A DNA stretch of 63,937 bases, filler included, from Dugesia japonica (Eukaryota), in NCBI GenBank assembly GCA_001938525.1. It is 6 parts of 6 records of this genome, joined end to end, with 100 filler letters (N's around TTAATTAATTAA, not from the genome) between each part and the next. Parts side by side here need not be neighbours in the genome. Positions count along the whole stretch, not along the records: positions 33,026 to 43,756 come from MQRL01612245.1; positions 43,857 to 54,068 come from MQRL01625794.1; 4 more parts are not named here. One strand, given 5' to 3'. This document shows, in pieces, positions 39,701-52,270 of the stretch. The notes beneath the pieces were generated by a model. The model saw only the letters and a list, made by a program, of their open reading frames with translations. It was not told the origin of the DNA and did not search any database. Both the position numbers and the translations under genes were made by a program. The first letter of the stretch is position 1. The number at the start of each line of letters is the position of its first letter.

Positions 39701-42700
39701 ATTCAAATTCTACAATATTTGCATTGTTAGGGAAAATAGGTGAATTGTGACACCAATGATGACAAAGATATAGTAAAGATATTCTCGATGGTGTAAATAT
39801 TAACAAATTAGTTATGATCATATAATAAAAAAAAAATTTTTGGACACTATGTTATTGAAAATGTTAATGATAACATACATAATTGAACAGTGATAACTTT
39901 TAACATTACGCTGAAACTCAGCACGACTTTAAAGCTAACGAACAAGGTATCAGGCATGATATAACCACCCACAAAAAGGACTTCTCACAATAACAATTCC
40001 NNTCTTAGTGACAATCACAAGCGCCAGCATGGAAAAGGATCATTCTTCACTCTTATAGGAAAATCAATAAACTGCATCTAACTGAGAATTAATGTAATAA
40101 ATGAGAAGCGAAGTAGTGATGGTGTGTAACCTTTTACACACTTGTTGGGGTGAAACACCTGGTTTTAGAAAAAAGAAAACAGGGCTAGGGGCTCAAATTA
40201 TAGAAATAATGAAGAAATGGGGTTGAAAAGAAAATTAATTAGGAATACGTATCAACTGCTAACATAATAATAAATATTCTAATAAAAAGAATAAAAAGAA
40301 TCGGAAGAAAGGTAAACTACAGAAAGAAGTCATCAGATGAATACACTCAACCTCGATCAACTTCAATAATTAAAAAAATTTTAAGTTATTAAGACAAAAC
40401 AAGAAAAATATTATTGGAAAAATAATTAATTAGCAGAAAAATATTAATTAATTTTAGACAAAAAAGAGTTAAAATTAGGAAAAAATCAGTTTTGGTCGAT
40501 TTTCTCAGCCCAGGAAAATCACAGAGACTTGTAATAAGAAAACTGGAAGGGGAAGGTAACTGGGCAATAAAAAAGTCCAATAAGATTATCGTGACATCAA
40601 CAGAAGGCTTGAGAAAAGGTCCTGAAGTTTAAGCCAATTATATTCCAGAAAAGAAAAATAAAACAAAGACAGTACAATCACAAGGTGCTCCAAAAATAGG
40701 CATCAATGATAGAAGAATGAAGAATTTAAAGAAAAAATCTGAAGATTGGCACCAAGACCAATAAAAACAAGAAACTCAAAAAAAAAATATAAGCCCAATA
40801 GCGATTGTGCCGGGTTGTATTTTAAACCACCCCCCCCCAAAATTTAGAAGAAAAACACACTTTTTTATATTCATTTATCAATTGGGTTATTATATCAAAC
40901 TGTTATTACGACAATCTACTTCCAGACGATTCATAAGGAAAGCATATTATCAATGTACCATTTGTAAGATCAGCATTTCTGATAAATTAATTTATCTGTG
41001 TCTATCCCAAATTTGTAGCAACAGAAATTCTAACAAATAAAGGAGGAGACGGAACAATAAAATCTATCAAAATAAATTTAACCGAGATTGAGATACATTC
41101 TTTTGACGATTAAAACCATTGAAGAAATCTTTATTTAAGCAGTAAGTGTCTTTGTTATATTATGTTATTCTATTATGATTTAATGCCATTATTAATAAAC
41201 TTGTTTTTAATCTGATTTAGGTGTTATTTTATTAATAATTCTTTTAATTTACAGATAATAAAAGCAACTCGTAATACATTAATGAAAATTAATTTTTGAA
41301 CTTCATTAAATTGACCTGAAATGACAAACTCAGTTCACTACAAAGTCGATAATATTGAATAATCTGAAATACTCTCAACTCTTTGTAAAATTTTGGACAA
41401 AATCGTCATCATAGGATTAGGCAATCACATAACCCATGGCACATGTATGTCTTTTCTATTGTGTGTGTATCTAATTGGCAGCACCGATTACTGTATATTG
41501 GTAAGCATGCTATGAGAAAATATTGTTAAACATCAGTATGAATCATTTCCATTTTATTTAATGAACGCTGCCAATGGCTAAGTTAATTCGAGCTATGTTA
41601 AGACAATGGAATCTATCAAATCTAGGTTACATTCATTTCATTACCTTTACGAGATCATCAACGTCGTAAGTTGGAATTTTTTCACAGTGGATCTTCTATT
41701 TACTCAGACATTATATCCAGATGAAGTATCCGGACAAACATTCTAGTTAATTATGAAAATGACTTATATGAGATTTATCTTTGGCTTTCGGTAAAATTAA
41801 TATTAACTATTCTCTCGTTTAGTTACAAATATATAATCATCAAGTAGAGTCAGGCTCTTCATTATCTACCCTGCTCCGAATGAATTTCTTGACTTACATT
41901 TATTTTTCAACATCATGATGACAGCTGGAAATAATAATAGAACAGAATTATTTGACGTTGTAGATGCAATTTTTGGTCACAACGATATTCGGTTGACATC
42001 ACTGTTATGATCATCAGTACCTATTAACACTATTCTATTCATCATTATTATAATTAAAAGATTTAATATGGTTAATGATTTAATTTATACGTCGGTTATT
42101 GATTCTAAATTATTGTTCTAATTTTTACGAGTATCAGCAGCGGGATTTTGTCACTATTACCAATATTACAATTATTAACGATCTTAGCATTTGTCTTTAT
42201 TAATTTAATGTCATTTCGTCGTTAGAAATGTGATTGTTAACAATTTCTCCCTTCAATTACTAATTTTCCAGTTTTGAGCACTAGGTTAGAAACCCGGCAT
42301 CGGTGATTCCAATCGAACCATTATTATGATATTATTCAACGATATTGTTAGTGCGCTCAGGATCTATTATTATGACTATNNNNNNNNNNNNNNNNNNNNN
42401 NNNNNNNNNNNNNNNNNNNNNNNNNNNNNNNNNNNNNNNNNNNNNNNNNNNNNNNNNNNNNNNNNNNNNNNNNNNNGGTGTCACTAACCGTATTAGTAGT
42501 TCCTATCATGATGATTTTCAGGGAAAGAGATTTATGATACATTTAACTGGTTGATTTTATAGTACGCACTAGTCATATGATCATTATTATTTCTTGATGG
42601 CAAATGGCAATGATAAAATAATTACTGTAGTATAATTCTTAATAAATTTAGAATCATTCGAACCCTGTTTAATTAAATCACTAATATTATCGTATTATAT

Positions 42701-43061
42701 CATTGATAAGATTACTATGACTTTTAACTGCTAAATGATGCTAAATGTTGCTGGTTATTATTATCGTTTCCTTATTATTGTGATTAATAGCAATATCGGC
42801 TGTTTGGCCAACAATATTACAAGTAGCACTATTATTATTAAACACAATCACCAAANNNNNNNNNNNNNNNNNNNNNNNNNNNNNNNNNNNNNNNNNNNNN
42901 NNNNNTATATTACCTCTTTTATATTGATATTATAAATATTACCAAAAATCATTTTAGCTAAATCAAAATAAGAGTCTAGTCCTCAGTGCGCCTCACCCTT
43001 AATAGAATACTTTGTAGAATCTATTGTTCGATCCATCACATCCAATTTTGTCTACTAACCC

Positions 43062-43247
43062 ATGACCAGAATTTTGATAGATACATTACGGTGGATCCGT
43101 CATAAAAGACAACGAGGAAGGCGTAAGCAATTACTGGCCCACATTCTTTCTTTAGGACGGATTGAACCTCCTGACAAAACTGACCTAAGGTGTTTCGTCG
43201 AGATGTTCCCGTTAGAGCATCAACTGGATATTGACGCAGATTCTTGA
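43062..43247 (+). CDS. Long-LTR orphan ORF-A (61 aa, intact)
   Basis: MTRILIDTLRWIRHKRQRGRRKQLLAHILSLGRIEPPDKTDLRCFVEMFP...; AATAAA about 35 nt after the stop. Confidence 0.6.
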   Translation: MTRILIDTLRWIRHKRQRGRRKQLLAHILSLGRIEPPDKTDLRCFVEMFPLEHQLDIDADS

Positions 43248-43364
43248 TGGTAGTATCGTTAATATAGTGANGTTGCAATTAATAAATTTTTCATGTTTAA
43301 TTTCGTTCGCAGTTAATTGCTTAATATTCAATCCTGGTGTTAATTATGATTAATTTTAGCTATA

Positions 43365-43756
43365 ATGGAATACAAATGGAGGTTGTACTCGATCGAAGAA
43401 CCGGCCGCACAATATTCAAACGCTATAAGAACGCATACAATAGAGATGCGGGTGTTTTCGCAAAGCGTTCTAACTTACAGGCTGAAGAAGCGCCACGCCT
43501 TCTATGACTGGAAGCGGCCTGATAGGGCACGAGCTGTTTATCATGCGGTTACCTCCACCCACCTAGATGCCAATTGTGAACAAGAAACCACCCGGACATG
43601 GCAAGAAGGCCTATCCGTCGTATGTCATCACTAATCAACTACCATCTTTTCCTAATCTAAGTGCTTTCGTTCAAGATCATTTGTGGAGTGTCCGAAACAC
43701 CGAAAGTGGCGGTAGCTCGGAGAACGCTACCGTCAATATTAGTAGTTGTCTAATGG
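43365..43756 (+). pseudogene. Long-LTR ORF-B (divergent, frameshifted)
   Basis: ttttag|ctataATG; KKRHAFYDWKRPDR and LSAFVQDHLWSVRN align to ORF-B of other copies. Confidence 0.55.
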
Positions 43757-43856
43757 NNNNNNNNNNNNNNNNNNNNNNNNNNNNNNNNNNNNNNNNNNNN
43801 TTAATTAATTAANNNNNNNNNNNNNNNNNNNNNNNNNNNNNNNNNNNNNNNNNNNN
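43757..43856. other. Artificial contig-join spacer
   Basis: N44-TTAATTAATTAA-N44. Confidence 0.97.
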
Positions 43857-43858
43857 AT

Positions 43859-44092
43859 ATTCGTTTGCAATCATTAACAGTTGTAATCAATTTGGGACAA
43901 GTTATCAATTTGTATAAATTAGCAAAAATAACAAAATGCTGGTATGAACCAGAATTGTTTCCTTCATTACGACTGACAAAGTATGATCCTGTATGTGTAA
44001 ACGTATTTTCATGAGGAAAAATTGTAATACTTGGTATAAAGAATTTACACTATCAAGGATATGTAGATAATATAATTTCCTATTTTTTATAA
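43859..44092 (+). pseudogene. Divergent TATA-binding-protein-like C-terminal repeat (5' truncated by contig edge)
   Basis: IRLQSLTVVINLGQVINLYKLAKITKCWYEPELFPSLRLTKYDPVCVNVFS*GKIVILG versus TBP YEPELFPGLIYRM...LLIFVSGKVVLTG; one internal stop; no intron in this stretch. Confidence 0.75.
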
Positions 44093-44839
44093 TTTAATTT
44101 TTTAATTTCACAACATGAATNNNNNNNNNNNNNNNNNNNNNNNNNNNNNNNNNNNNNNNNNNNNNNNNNNNNNNNNNNNNNNNNNNNNNNNNNNNNNNNN
44201 NNNNNNNNNNNNNNNNNNNNNNNNNNNNNNNNNNNNNNNNNNNNNNNNNNNNNNNNNNNNNNNNNNNNNNNNNNNNNNNNNNNNNNNNNNNNNNNNNNNN
44301 NNNNNNNNNNNNNNNNNATGTAAATAATCAGCGAAATCAGATGGCCAGGAGGATCTGATTAACAAAAAGAGTAATATTTAATTTTTTATTTATTCATAAT
44401 TATAATTTCTATTTCTAGATATTATCGCGATAATTCTATTGCGAAAGAAAATGGTCCTGAAAAAAGAAGACTTTCAAAATGTATTAGAAGATTATTATAA
44501 GGAGCTATATATACGCTTCCATTGTTTATTTTTGTTTCTTGTATATTATGTATAGTTGGATTTTATATAGTTGATTTGTTAGTTATTTATAAAAAGGTTT
44601 TTATTTTATTTGGAAACTATTATTAGTTAACAGAGTTTTTAAAGTTATTTATTATTTGAAAAAGAGATTTTATTATTTTGATAGTCATTATTTAGAGAAA
44701 AGGTTTTTATTTAGTTTATTTGATAGATAAATATTACAATTTAAATAAAGTTAATCAAAAGACAAATAAATAAATAGCATTTACTATTGTGAGTAGTTTA
44801 AAAGCGAGTTAAATGTTTTTGTGCTCTGGTTAAAGATTA

Positions 44840-47450
44840 TGTTTCGCAATCACAGAAAGATTCTTGCCAAAAATATTTTGCAAAATAATTTTTTCAAAAC
44901 GTCGATCTAGAAAAGTTTATTAAACGGTGTGAAATATACTTTGAGGCAAAGAACATCGCTGTTAAGAAAGATCAGAAACATTGGGTAACATGTGTTGGGA
45001 TGAAACACCCAGCGTGAGAAGAAAATCAAGGCCGGGGGCCCTAGTCATAAAATAATAAAAAAAGAAGTTATAAAAAAATCGATTAAGAATAACTAACAAT
45101 AGTGGAAAAATGACAATGATTACATTAATACAAAAACGAAGGAAAAAATAAAATACTAAATGGAAGCATCAGATAGATAAAGTATTGATCAAAATTAAGC
45201 GATTAATTAAAGAAAATTACAAATATAAATAGACGAATACGAAAATGATCAGAAACATAATAATTAATTAATAAAGAAAAATTAATTAATTTTAACGAGA
45301 AAAGAAAATAAATTAAGCGAAAATTAGTTTTTCGAAAATATTTCCGCTCAAGAAAGTCACAGAAACATGTAAAGAAAATTGGAAAGGGGTGATATCGGGT
45401 CAATAAGATTTCGTAACCAGAAAATTTTATTACCAATAAGACGGTTCTTACAAGGGTTAGAATAATAAGCCAATAAGAAACCAGAAAAAAAATAAAACAA
45501 AGNAGAGAAGATCACATGGTAACTTAAAAATATCCACCAATGGAAACTCAAAAAATCTACAAAGAAATCTGAAAATTGGCACCATCGCCAATCAGAAGCA
45601 AGAAATTCGAATTAAAAATAGTAATCCAATAAGAAAAATATTACCAATTTTTTAAAATTAGTAAAAAAGTAATTTGAAAAATTATTTTATTGATTACTTT
45701 CGAAAGGAGAATCTTTACTATTTCGTTATTATTATAACTTCAATCAAAGGGAAAACCATAAATCATTACTTAGGAAAATTTTATTAGAATGTATTAATAC
45801 GAGCTTTAGAGTTTATACTACAATATAGGTTAAAAATTACTGACGTGAGCAGTGATAACCTTCGCGAGTAAGAAGCATAGTAGCATTTTTTCCCTAAATA
45901 TATCATAATAATAATCCATACTTTATCCATTTAAATTTATCAACAGAAACCGTTGCAGAACTTTTGATACAAAGAACAGAAGATCACATGGTAACTTAAA
46001 AATATCCACCAATGGAAACTCAAAAAATCTACGAAAAAATCTGAAAATTGGTATCATCGCCAATCAGAAGAAAGAAATTCGAATTAAAAATAGTAATCCA
46101 ATATCGATGATGCAGAGTTGCATGGAAAAATGGTATTTAAACTCCACAAATTTTAGATGAAAAAACTAACATTTGTGAAATTTATTAGTCATTACAGCAC
46201 TGTAGCCTAATTTTGCTTTGAAGAAAATAGTTTACGAGAAAATTCGTGGAAAATTACCAATATATTACAAATCGTAAGACAGCAATTTCCAAAAGTNGGA
46301 TTAACTGTAATTATCATCAAATTATAGCAGAAGACTAGTCGATCTGAACAAAAAGGTAGCAACTAAATTAGAAGGCAAAAAATCTCAATCAAAATTTAGT
46401 TAAGAATCATCCCTCAGTTCATTCACAGCCCGTTGCAGAATCGAGTTAAAGATAACAGTAAGCAAAAGTTTTATGTTTATTAATTTTGTAATGAAATTGT
46501 GTCATATCTAATATAATATTTAATCAACATTGTTCATCTCTAGTAAATACTGCCTAAAACCAGTTTAATATTTTTATTGGAAGAGGAAATTTATTGCCAA
46601 CTGGTAAAATCGCTTCTGTTAAATTTTAACTGACATAATTTTTCCTCAATTTTTACTAACTCCTAACCAAAATAATTGCAGTTATCGACCTGGATAACCC
46701 ATGATTTTCATTTCTCGTAAAACCGAGGCTTGTACTATGTATAATAGGTACAAACTAATCTTGTCTGAGTAACATGAATCAAGAGTCATTAAAACTCCCT
46801 TGCAAGTGTGCAGCCGGCATGTAAATTTGACGATAGAACTGCAGTGAATGTGTGTGTTAGAAAACTCTAGTTGGATATCAGCGTAATTATCTGTTGGTGA
46901 TTATTTACAATTCTCGGCTATCCTGCCTCACATGTGCAAAACCTTCTGATCTCAATCACTTTTCGGAAATTAACTATCATGAGAGTTCAGGGATTTATTA
47001 GGGCATATCTATTAATATGCTTCGTGACACCTACTAGTGCAATAGATTTTTCAGGCTAATATTGATACTGTCGCCAGTAATTGCCAACTGATTGAATGAC
47101 TATTGTTTCTGCAACTATCATCAATAATTCCGATAAACACCATTAATTCTGTAAGAACTGTAGTGTAGAATAAAATACATATTACTAATAACGTTTTGTT
47201 TGTTCATTCAATAATCAGATAAATAAGGGAAAACTAATGAACCCAAATATAAAGGTATGCGAGTGTAAACCTCAAATATAGGTTGGATGTCAATCACTCT
47301 ATACCGAAAACCTAATAAGGGGCATTAGTTAAATTCTTGAAAAGGTCCTCTGAGAGCTGTTTTTCCCCATCCGTGTTTTTTCTATCACAAACTCAGGTGG
47401 GACCCCAACACATGTATGCTTCATGAAGATTTAATTGAAGCATATAGTTG
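44840..47450 (+). pseudogene. gag: Gypsy gag N-terminus split by solo LTR
   Basis: DLEKFIKRCEIYFEAKNIAVKKDQKHWVT|CMLHEDLIEAY reads through when 44993-47414 is removed; homologous to gag at 5621. Confidence 0.8.
44993..47410 (+). mobile_element. Solo long LTR (2418 bp, internally deleted)
   Basis: TGTTGGGATGAAACAC...GGGACCCCAACA with 4-bp TSD CATG (44989-44992 and 47411-47414); lacks ORFs A-D; donor A|GTAAGC at 46457/46458. Confidence 0.9.
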
Positions 47451-48586
47451 GGAGATACTAGCGCACTGGATCAGTTACGTAATCATCTAAACTATACTGT
47501 GCTGAAAATTTTAGCATTTTGATTGGTCGATAAAAATACATGAAAAAATTTTCGATTTCGATTTTGGTTTGCAGAATATTTGGTCAGGAAGTTCGAAAAT
47601 TTGAATTTTCGAAATTAAATTTTTCAGCGAATTTTTATCGTACGATTTCAAATTTAGTATGCTTTAATTTAGAATTAAATTCTGTATACGAATAATTTTT
47701 TTTTACTTCTTTCAAAACATATTTGGTTCTTACTAGAAGGGTAGTGGGGCACTGGAACACTTTGACTTGTTTTATAGAATTCTCGATCAATACTTAATAT
47801 ATAGCTCTGAAAATGATAGCATTTGATTAAGAATAAAATTCTAAACATGTTTTATATAGTCTCACACGGGCACAATTTTCTAAATCACCTAAAGGGGAAG
47901 GAGGCTCAGAAACACATTACGCTTGAGCTGCGTATTTTTAGACATGATTTTTGTGCTCGTTTTTTTCTAACATTTTTGGGATCAAAAAACTTTTGATCGG
48001 ATCAGTTTTTTTATCCTTAAAGTGTGTGTGTGTGTGTGTTAAAAATTTAAATTTGTGCGTTTGGGTTGCTAAGGTGTTTTTTAAAAAGTAGGTCAAGTTG
48101 AGTTTGTGTGTGTAGTTGTGTGTGTGTAAGATTGGTAAAAACGAGGAGGAAAAGCTGGAGATCTTGGAGATAATTTTTTTGTGGTTGTGAAGATTTGTTT
48201 GTTGTTGGACAAAAATTTGGTCTATATATTGTTTAAAGGACTTATGAGTTTGGATGGATGGTTTTTGCTACCAGGGTAGTGGCACACGGGCACAGTCGTA
48301 TGAGTTATCGTGGGTAGTTTTTGTGGGGGTTGTAGGCTTGTATGTGGAATTTGTTGGAGAGGTAATGTGATGGGGAAGAAGTTGGTTGTCGAATGTGCTT
48401 TGATTTTTTATTTTAAGGGCCACTATTTGATTGGTTTATTTTGTAAGTAGTATAAAAGTGTTAAAAAAATAAACAATTNNNNNNNNNNNNNNNNNNNNNN
48501 NNNNNNNNNNNNNNNNNNNNNNNNNNNNNNNGGCGGATTGCAATCATTATCTAATTTTGACTTAAAATTTGCATCGAATTGTTGTA

Positions 48587-49620
48587 ATGGGGAAACTAAA
48601 GACAATATGGATGGATCCAAAAAACCCAGCAGGTTTTCGAGGCGTAGACAAGTTGATGAAAACATCTCAAAACACGTAAAGAAAAACAAAAAAGTGGTTA
48701 TCGGGACCGCTAGCGTACAGCCCGAACAAGCCGATGTTGAAAAGATTTCCAACAAGAGCATATACAACATATGTTATTGATGATTTATGGCAAATGGATC
48801 TAATGGAGATGATTCCATATTCAAAAATTAATAAAGGGTACAAGTATATTTTGACATACATTGATGTATTCAGTAGATTTGCAAGAGCTGTTCCTGTTAA
48901 ATCAAAATCTGCTAATGATATGAAACTAGCAATCAAGTCAATGTTTAAAAATGGACATCCAAATAATTTACAAAAAGACTTGGGTAACGAACTTTACAAT
49001 TCCAAGGTGAAATAACTTATAAATCATCTATCTACAAACCATTATAGTGTATTCTCTCAGTATAAAGCTGCACATGTTGAGAGATTTAATCGTACATTGA
49101 GAGATGCATTAAAAAGTACTTTGTACATGTTAGTAATAAGACTTGGATAAATGTTTTACCGAAACTTATTCATAGTTATAATCATTCTGGTCATAAGGGA
49201 TTAAATGGAGCAAGACTGGTTGATGTAAGTACAAACAATCAATTAAAGTTATGGTTATCACGTAAACATAAAAGCAAATAAAAACCAAAGGATAAAGTTG
49301 GCGATCATGTGAGAATCTCAAAGATATTAGCTTCACCATTTATCAAGAATTTCAATAGTAATTAAAGTGATGAAGTGTTTCAAATAACAAAAATCATCAT
49401 GAAACAAAATCCGGTCATGCATGTTATTAAAGATTATGAAGATAATATTGTTCAATGAAAATTCTTTGAACAAGAATTTCAAGTCATTCCATCACCAGAG
49501 ATATATAGAATAGAAACAATAATCAAATCAAAAGGAACTGGAAAGAATAAACAATACTATGTAAAGTGGCATGGATACGAAAAACCAAGTTGGATATAGT
49601 CAATCAGGAAGAAAATTTAG
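48587..49620 (+). pseudogene. Polinton retroviral-like integrase with C-terminal chromodomain
   Basis: DPKNPAGF...KKWLS; WQMDLMEM, YILTYIDVFSRFA, LQKDLGNE, VERFNRTL, KVGDHVRIS, YRIETIIK...YYVKWHGY; several stops. Confidence 0.92.
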
Positions 49621-50640
49621 ATGAAATCAAGTCATTTCTATACGCTTTTACTTAGTAATAGCTGTCCACTTATTCATCCTGAGAATAATGCTAGTAAATT
49701 CATTGTCNAGCTACAAAATCCAATTTATATGGATTATAGTTTGGAAGTTNCAATGATGGACTTCACCTTTATATATTCACCATTTCCGGTATATAGCAAG
49801 TCGAAAATTGAATATATTACTGCAAAAAATATATTGAATGAAATAACTGTAACAATAAATAACAAGGAAAAAACACAAAACAAAAACTTTGAAATATTTG
49901 AAAATAATCTCATAAGATTTTATTGTGAATTTCCATATGTTGTCATATTTGAAGATGGACATATCGCACATTCATTTGGATTAGGATTTAAATCTAANAA
50001 ATTATCAAAGAAATTTGGTCATATCTATACAAACTTTACAAACGATGACACAGTAAAAAACGTAAAAATTAAAGTAGCTTATACAATGGTGAATTATCAT
50101 ACTTTTCAGTTTAAAGATGATATATACATATCAGAATTGGAACAATTACGTAAATATTTGACCGAAAATTGTACTCAAATATTTAAGAAATGTCTTATAA
50201 ATGCGGATAAATATGTTGAATTTGAGCTACAAGATGACGTCAAACAAGTTGTATTTGATAATGTCTTGACAAAAACATTGGGATTAGAGAAACAACATTA
50301 TTCTCCTGAAGATATGAAGGGAGGTCAGTTCAAAGCTATTACCAATTCGAAAATAATGAAATTACATCAGCAAATGTTCATCTATAGTAGTCTTGTTAAA
50401 TCTATAATTGTAGGAGATGTTAGTGTACCTTTATTGAAAGTAATATGGATAGAAAAGTATGATACTGATGAAGTAGTGCAAATAATAGTCGAGAATCCAA
50501 TGTATTTACCCATTGCAACACCATGTATAAACAATATAGAAATTAATATACGCGATGATAAAGGAAAATTACTCAAGTTTCCAAAACATTCAAAAATCCA
50601 TTTAACTTTACATTTTGGAAAACTAAATAATGAATCCTGA
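49621..50640 (+). CDS. Polinton minor capsid (penton) protein
   Basis: FYTLLLSNS...HPENNASKF at the N-terminus; MFIYSSLV...VGDVSVPLL...PMYLP...IEINIRDDKG...LTLHF at the C-terminus; 339 aa open. Confidence 0.85.
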   Translation: MKSSHFYTLLLSNSCPLIHPENNASKFIVXLQNPIYMDYSLEVXMMDFTFIYSPFPVYSKSKIEYITAKNILNEITVTINNKEKTQNKNFEIFENNLIRFYCEFPYVVIFEDGHIAHSFGLGFKSXKLSKKFGHIYTNFTNDDTVKNVKIKVAYTMVNYHTFQFKDDIYISELEQLRKYLTENCTQIFKKCLINADKYVEFELQDDVKQVVFDNVLTKTLGLEKQHYSPEDMKGGQFKAITNSKIMKLHQQMFIYSSLVKSIIVGDVSVPLLKVIWIEKYDTDEVVQIIVENPMYLPIATPCINNIEINIRDDKGKLLKFPKHSKIHLTLHFGKLNNES

Positions 50641-51073
50641 TATTTTTTCAATGTACAGTACTAGTCAAGCAGGTGGAGAATTACCTTACTTTCTTGAAAA
50701 ACAGTATGGATCTGGTTGGTTGAGAACAATAGGTAGATTTGCTTTACCGATTCTTAAACGTATTGATTCTTTTAGTATGAAAACAGCTCAGGATGTACTA
50801 GCTAATGACGGAAANATACTACCAACATTGAAATCAAATGCATTAGCTGAACTAGGAAATGTTATGTCATCATTACCTAGCGGAGTAACCAATATGATTC
50901 CAAAAGTAGCAAACATATTACCGCAAAGTATAACTAATAAAATACCATCAGAAATAACTAATATACTATCAAATCAAGTTCAAACACCACAAAATAGTAG
51001 AAAATGTACGAAATCTCATGGATCACGTATAAACAAACGAATGAGAGGTCATGGAACAATGTTTGAAGAATGA
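50630..51073 (+). CDS. Polinton core / membrane-lytic-like protein
   Basis: QAGG and QYGSG adenain-type cleavage sites, amphipathic GWLRTIGRFALPILKRI, basic tail; position between the capsid genes. Confidence 0.7.
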   Translation: MNPDIFSMYSTSQAGGELPYFLEKQYGSGWLRTIGRFALPILKRIDSFSMKTAQDVLANDGXILPTLKSNALAELGNVMSSLPSGVTNMIPKVANILPQSITNKIPSEITNILSNQVQTPQNSRKCTKSHGSRINKRMRGHGTMFEE

Positions 51074-52242
51074 TTTGCGGTAAAACTGAATTATGTATTT
51101 TTGATGAAAAAAAAAGGATTTAAATGAAAATGGTACTTTCGAAGATGTCTTTCCTATGAATTCAATTTCTGAATCACGAAGTGACGTAGAGTTTTTTATA
51201 AATGGATCTCAAACAGAATGTTTGGATTTGAATGATACTTTATTGTATATTAACTTGACGGTAGTTGATAAGGCTGGTAAAAATTTGACTGACACTCATG
51301 ATGCAGTTCATAGTAATTATATGTTGCATACGCTTTTTAAGAATGTAATTCTTTCCTTTAATAATTTCAAAATTGAAGGTGGAAATGGATCTTATCTTCA
51401 CAAAGCAATAATTNAAACTATAATAAATTATAATGGTGATAGTAAAAATATCTGTCTTGCAGCAATGGAATATGGATCAGAAGCAAATAGAAAGAAGTCT
51501 ATTAAAATATCAAAACAATTGGCTCTATGCGATTCATTACAACTCAATTTCATGGATCAACCGAAATACCTTATTCCTGGTGTCAATGTTCATATTAAGT
51601 TGAAACGATCAGAAGCTGATATTTGTTTGGAATCTGCAGCCAATACATCTAAATATGTATTTCTAGATGCAAAATTAATGGATAGACGTGTACTTGTTGA
51701 ACCTTCAGTTCTAATTGCTTATTAAATGGGACTAAAAAAACAAAAAGCTGTTTATCCGATAAGAACCAAGGATGTCGTTGCATTTGCAATTAGTAAAGAT
51801 AGTTCATCGTTTTATAAGGAACAAATCTTTGGTGATCGAATATAATGGTAGCTATAAAAGCTCGAGTTCAACATTTCAAAATCTAGATGCTGTTTCTGTT
51901 TCCTTGTCNNNNNNNNNNNNNNNNNNNNNNNNNNNNNNNNNNNNNNNNNNNNNNNNNNNNNNNNNNNNNNNNNNNNNNNNNNNNNNNNNNNNNNNNNNNN
52001 NNNNNNNNNNNAAGAATATGAATTGTGGAATAACACTTCAAGATTTTAAGGATAATTATCCTTTCTTTACATTTGTTCGTGCTCCAGATTTTGATATAAA
52101 TCATAGTCAATTACCTCAACAAGAAAATTTAAGATTATAAATCAAGTTTGCCAATGCTTTAACAACATTGGCATATGTTATAATTTATGGAGTATTTGAC
52201 AAAGAAATTCAGATGAAAGAAAACGGAACAGTATTAGTGTAA
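51070..52242 (+). pseudogene. Polinton major capsid protein (double jelly-roll)
   Basis: KTELCIFD start (KSELDLF type), VEFFING...LDLNDT, HTLFKNV, QPKYLIPGVNVHIKLKR, AVYPIR, GITLQDF...FTFVRAPD, NLRL*IKFA; frameshifts. Confidence 0.8.
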
Positions 52243-52270
52243 ACAATATTTTGTGTAATTGGTACATGTT

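Larger units (their letters stand above)
37215..40142 (-). mobile_element. Long LTR copy (3' two-thirds) with ORF array A-B-C-D
   Basis: Same ORF order and 3' terminal block (GAACCC...AATTCTT) as 59399-63879 and 47230-47410; cut at 40143 by another copy in the opposite orientation. Confidence 0.8.
40143..43756 (+). mobile_element. Long LTR copy (5' part to contig end)
   Basis: Starts TGTTGGGGTGAAACAC; CCAAT-rich U3; donor A|GTAAGT at 41141/41142; ORF-A and ORF-B. Confidence 0.8.

Noticed and set aside
44318-44500. Small spliced-looking ORF piece (GT at 44371, AG at 44418)
   Set aside because: Too short, next to a gap, no recognisable motif.
48538-48780. Basic ORF overlapping the integrase start
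   Set aside because: Alternate frame of the integrase N-terminus; single copy, no independent support.
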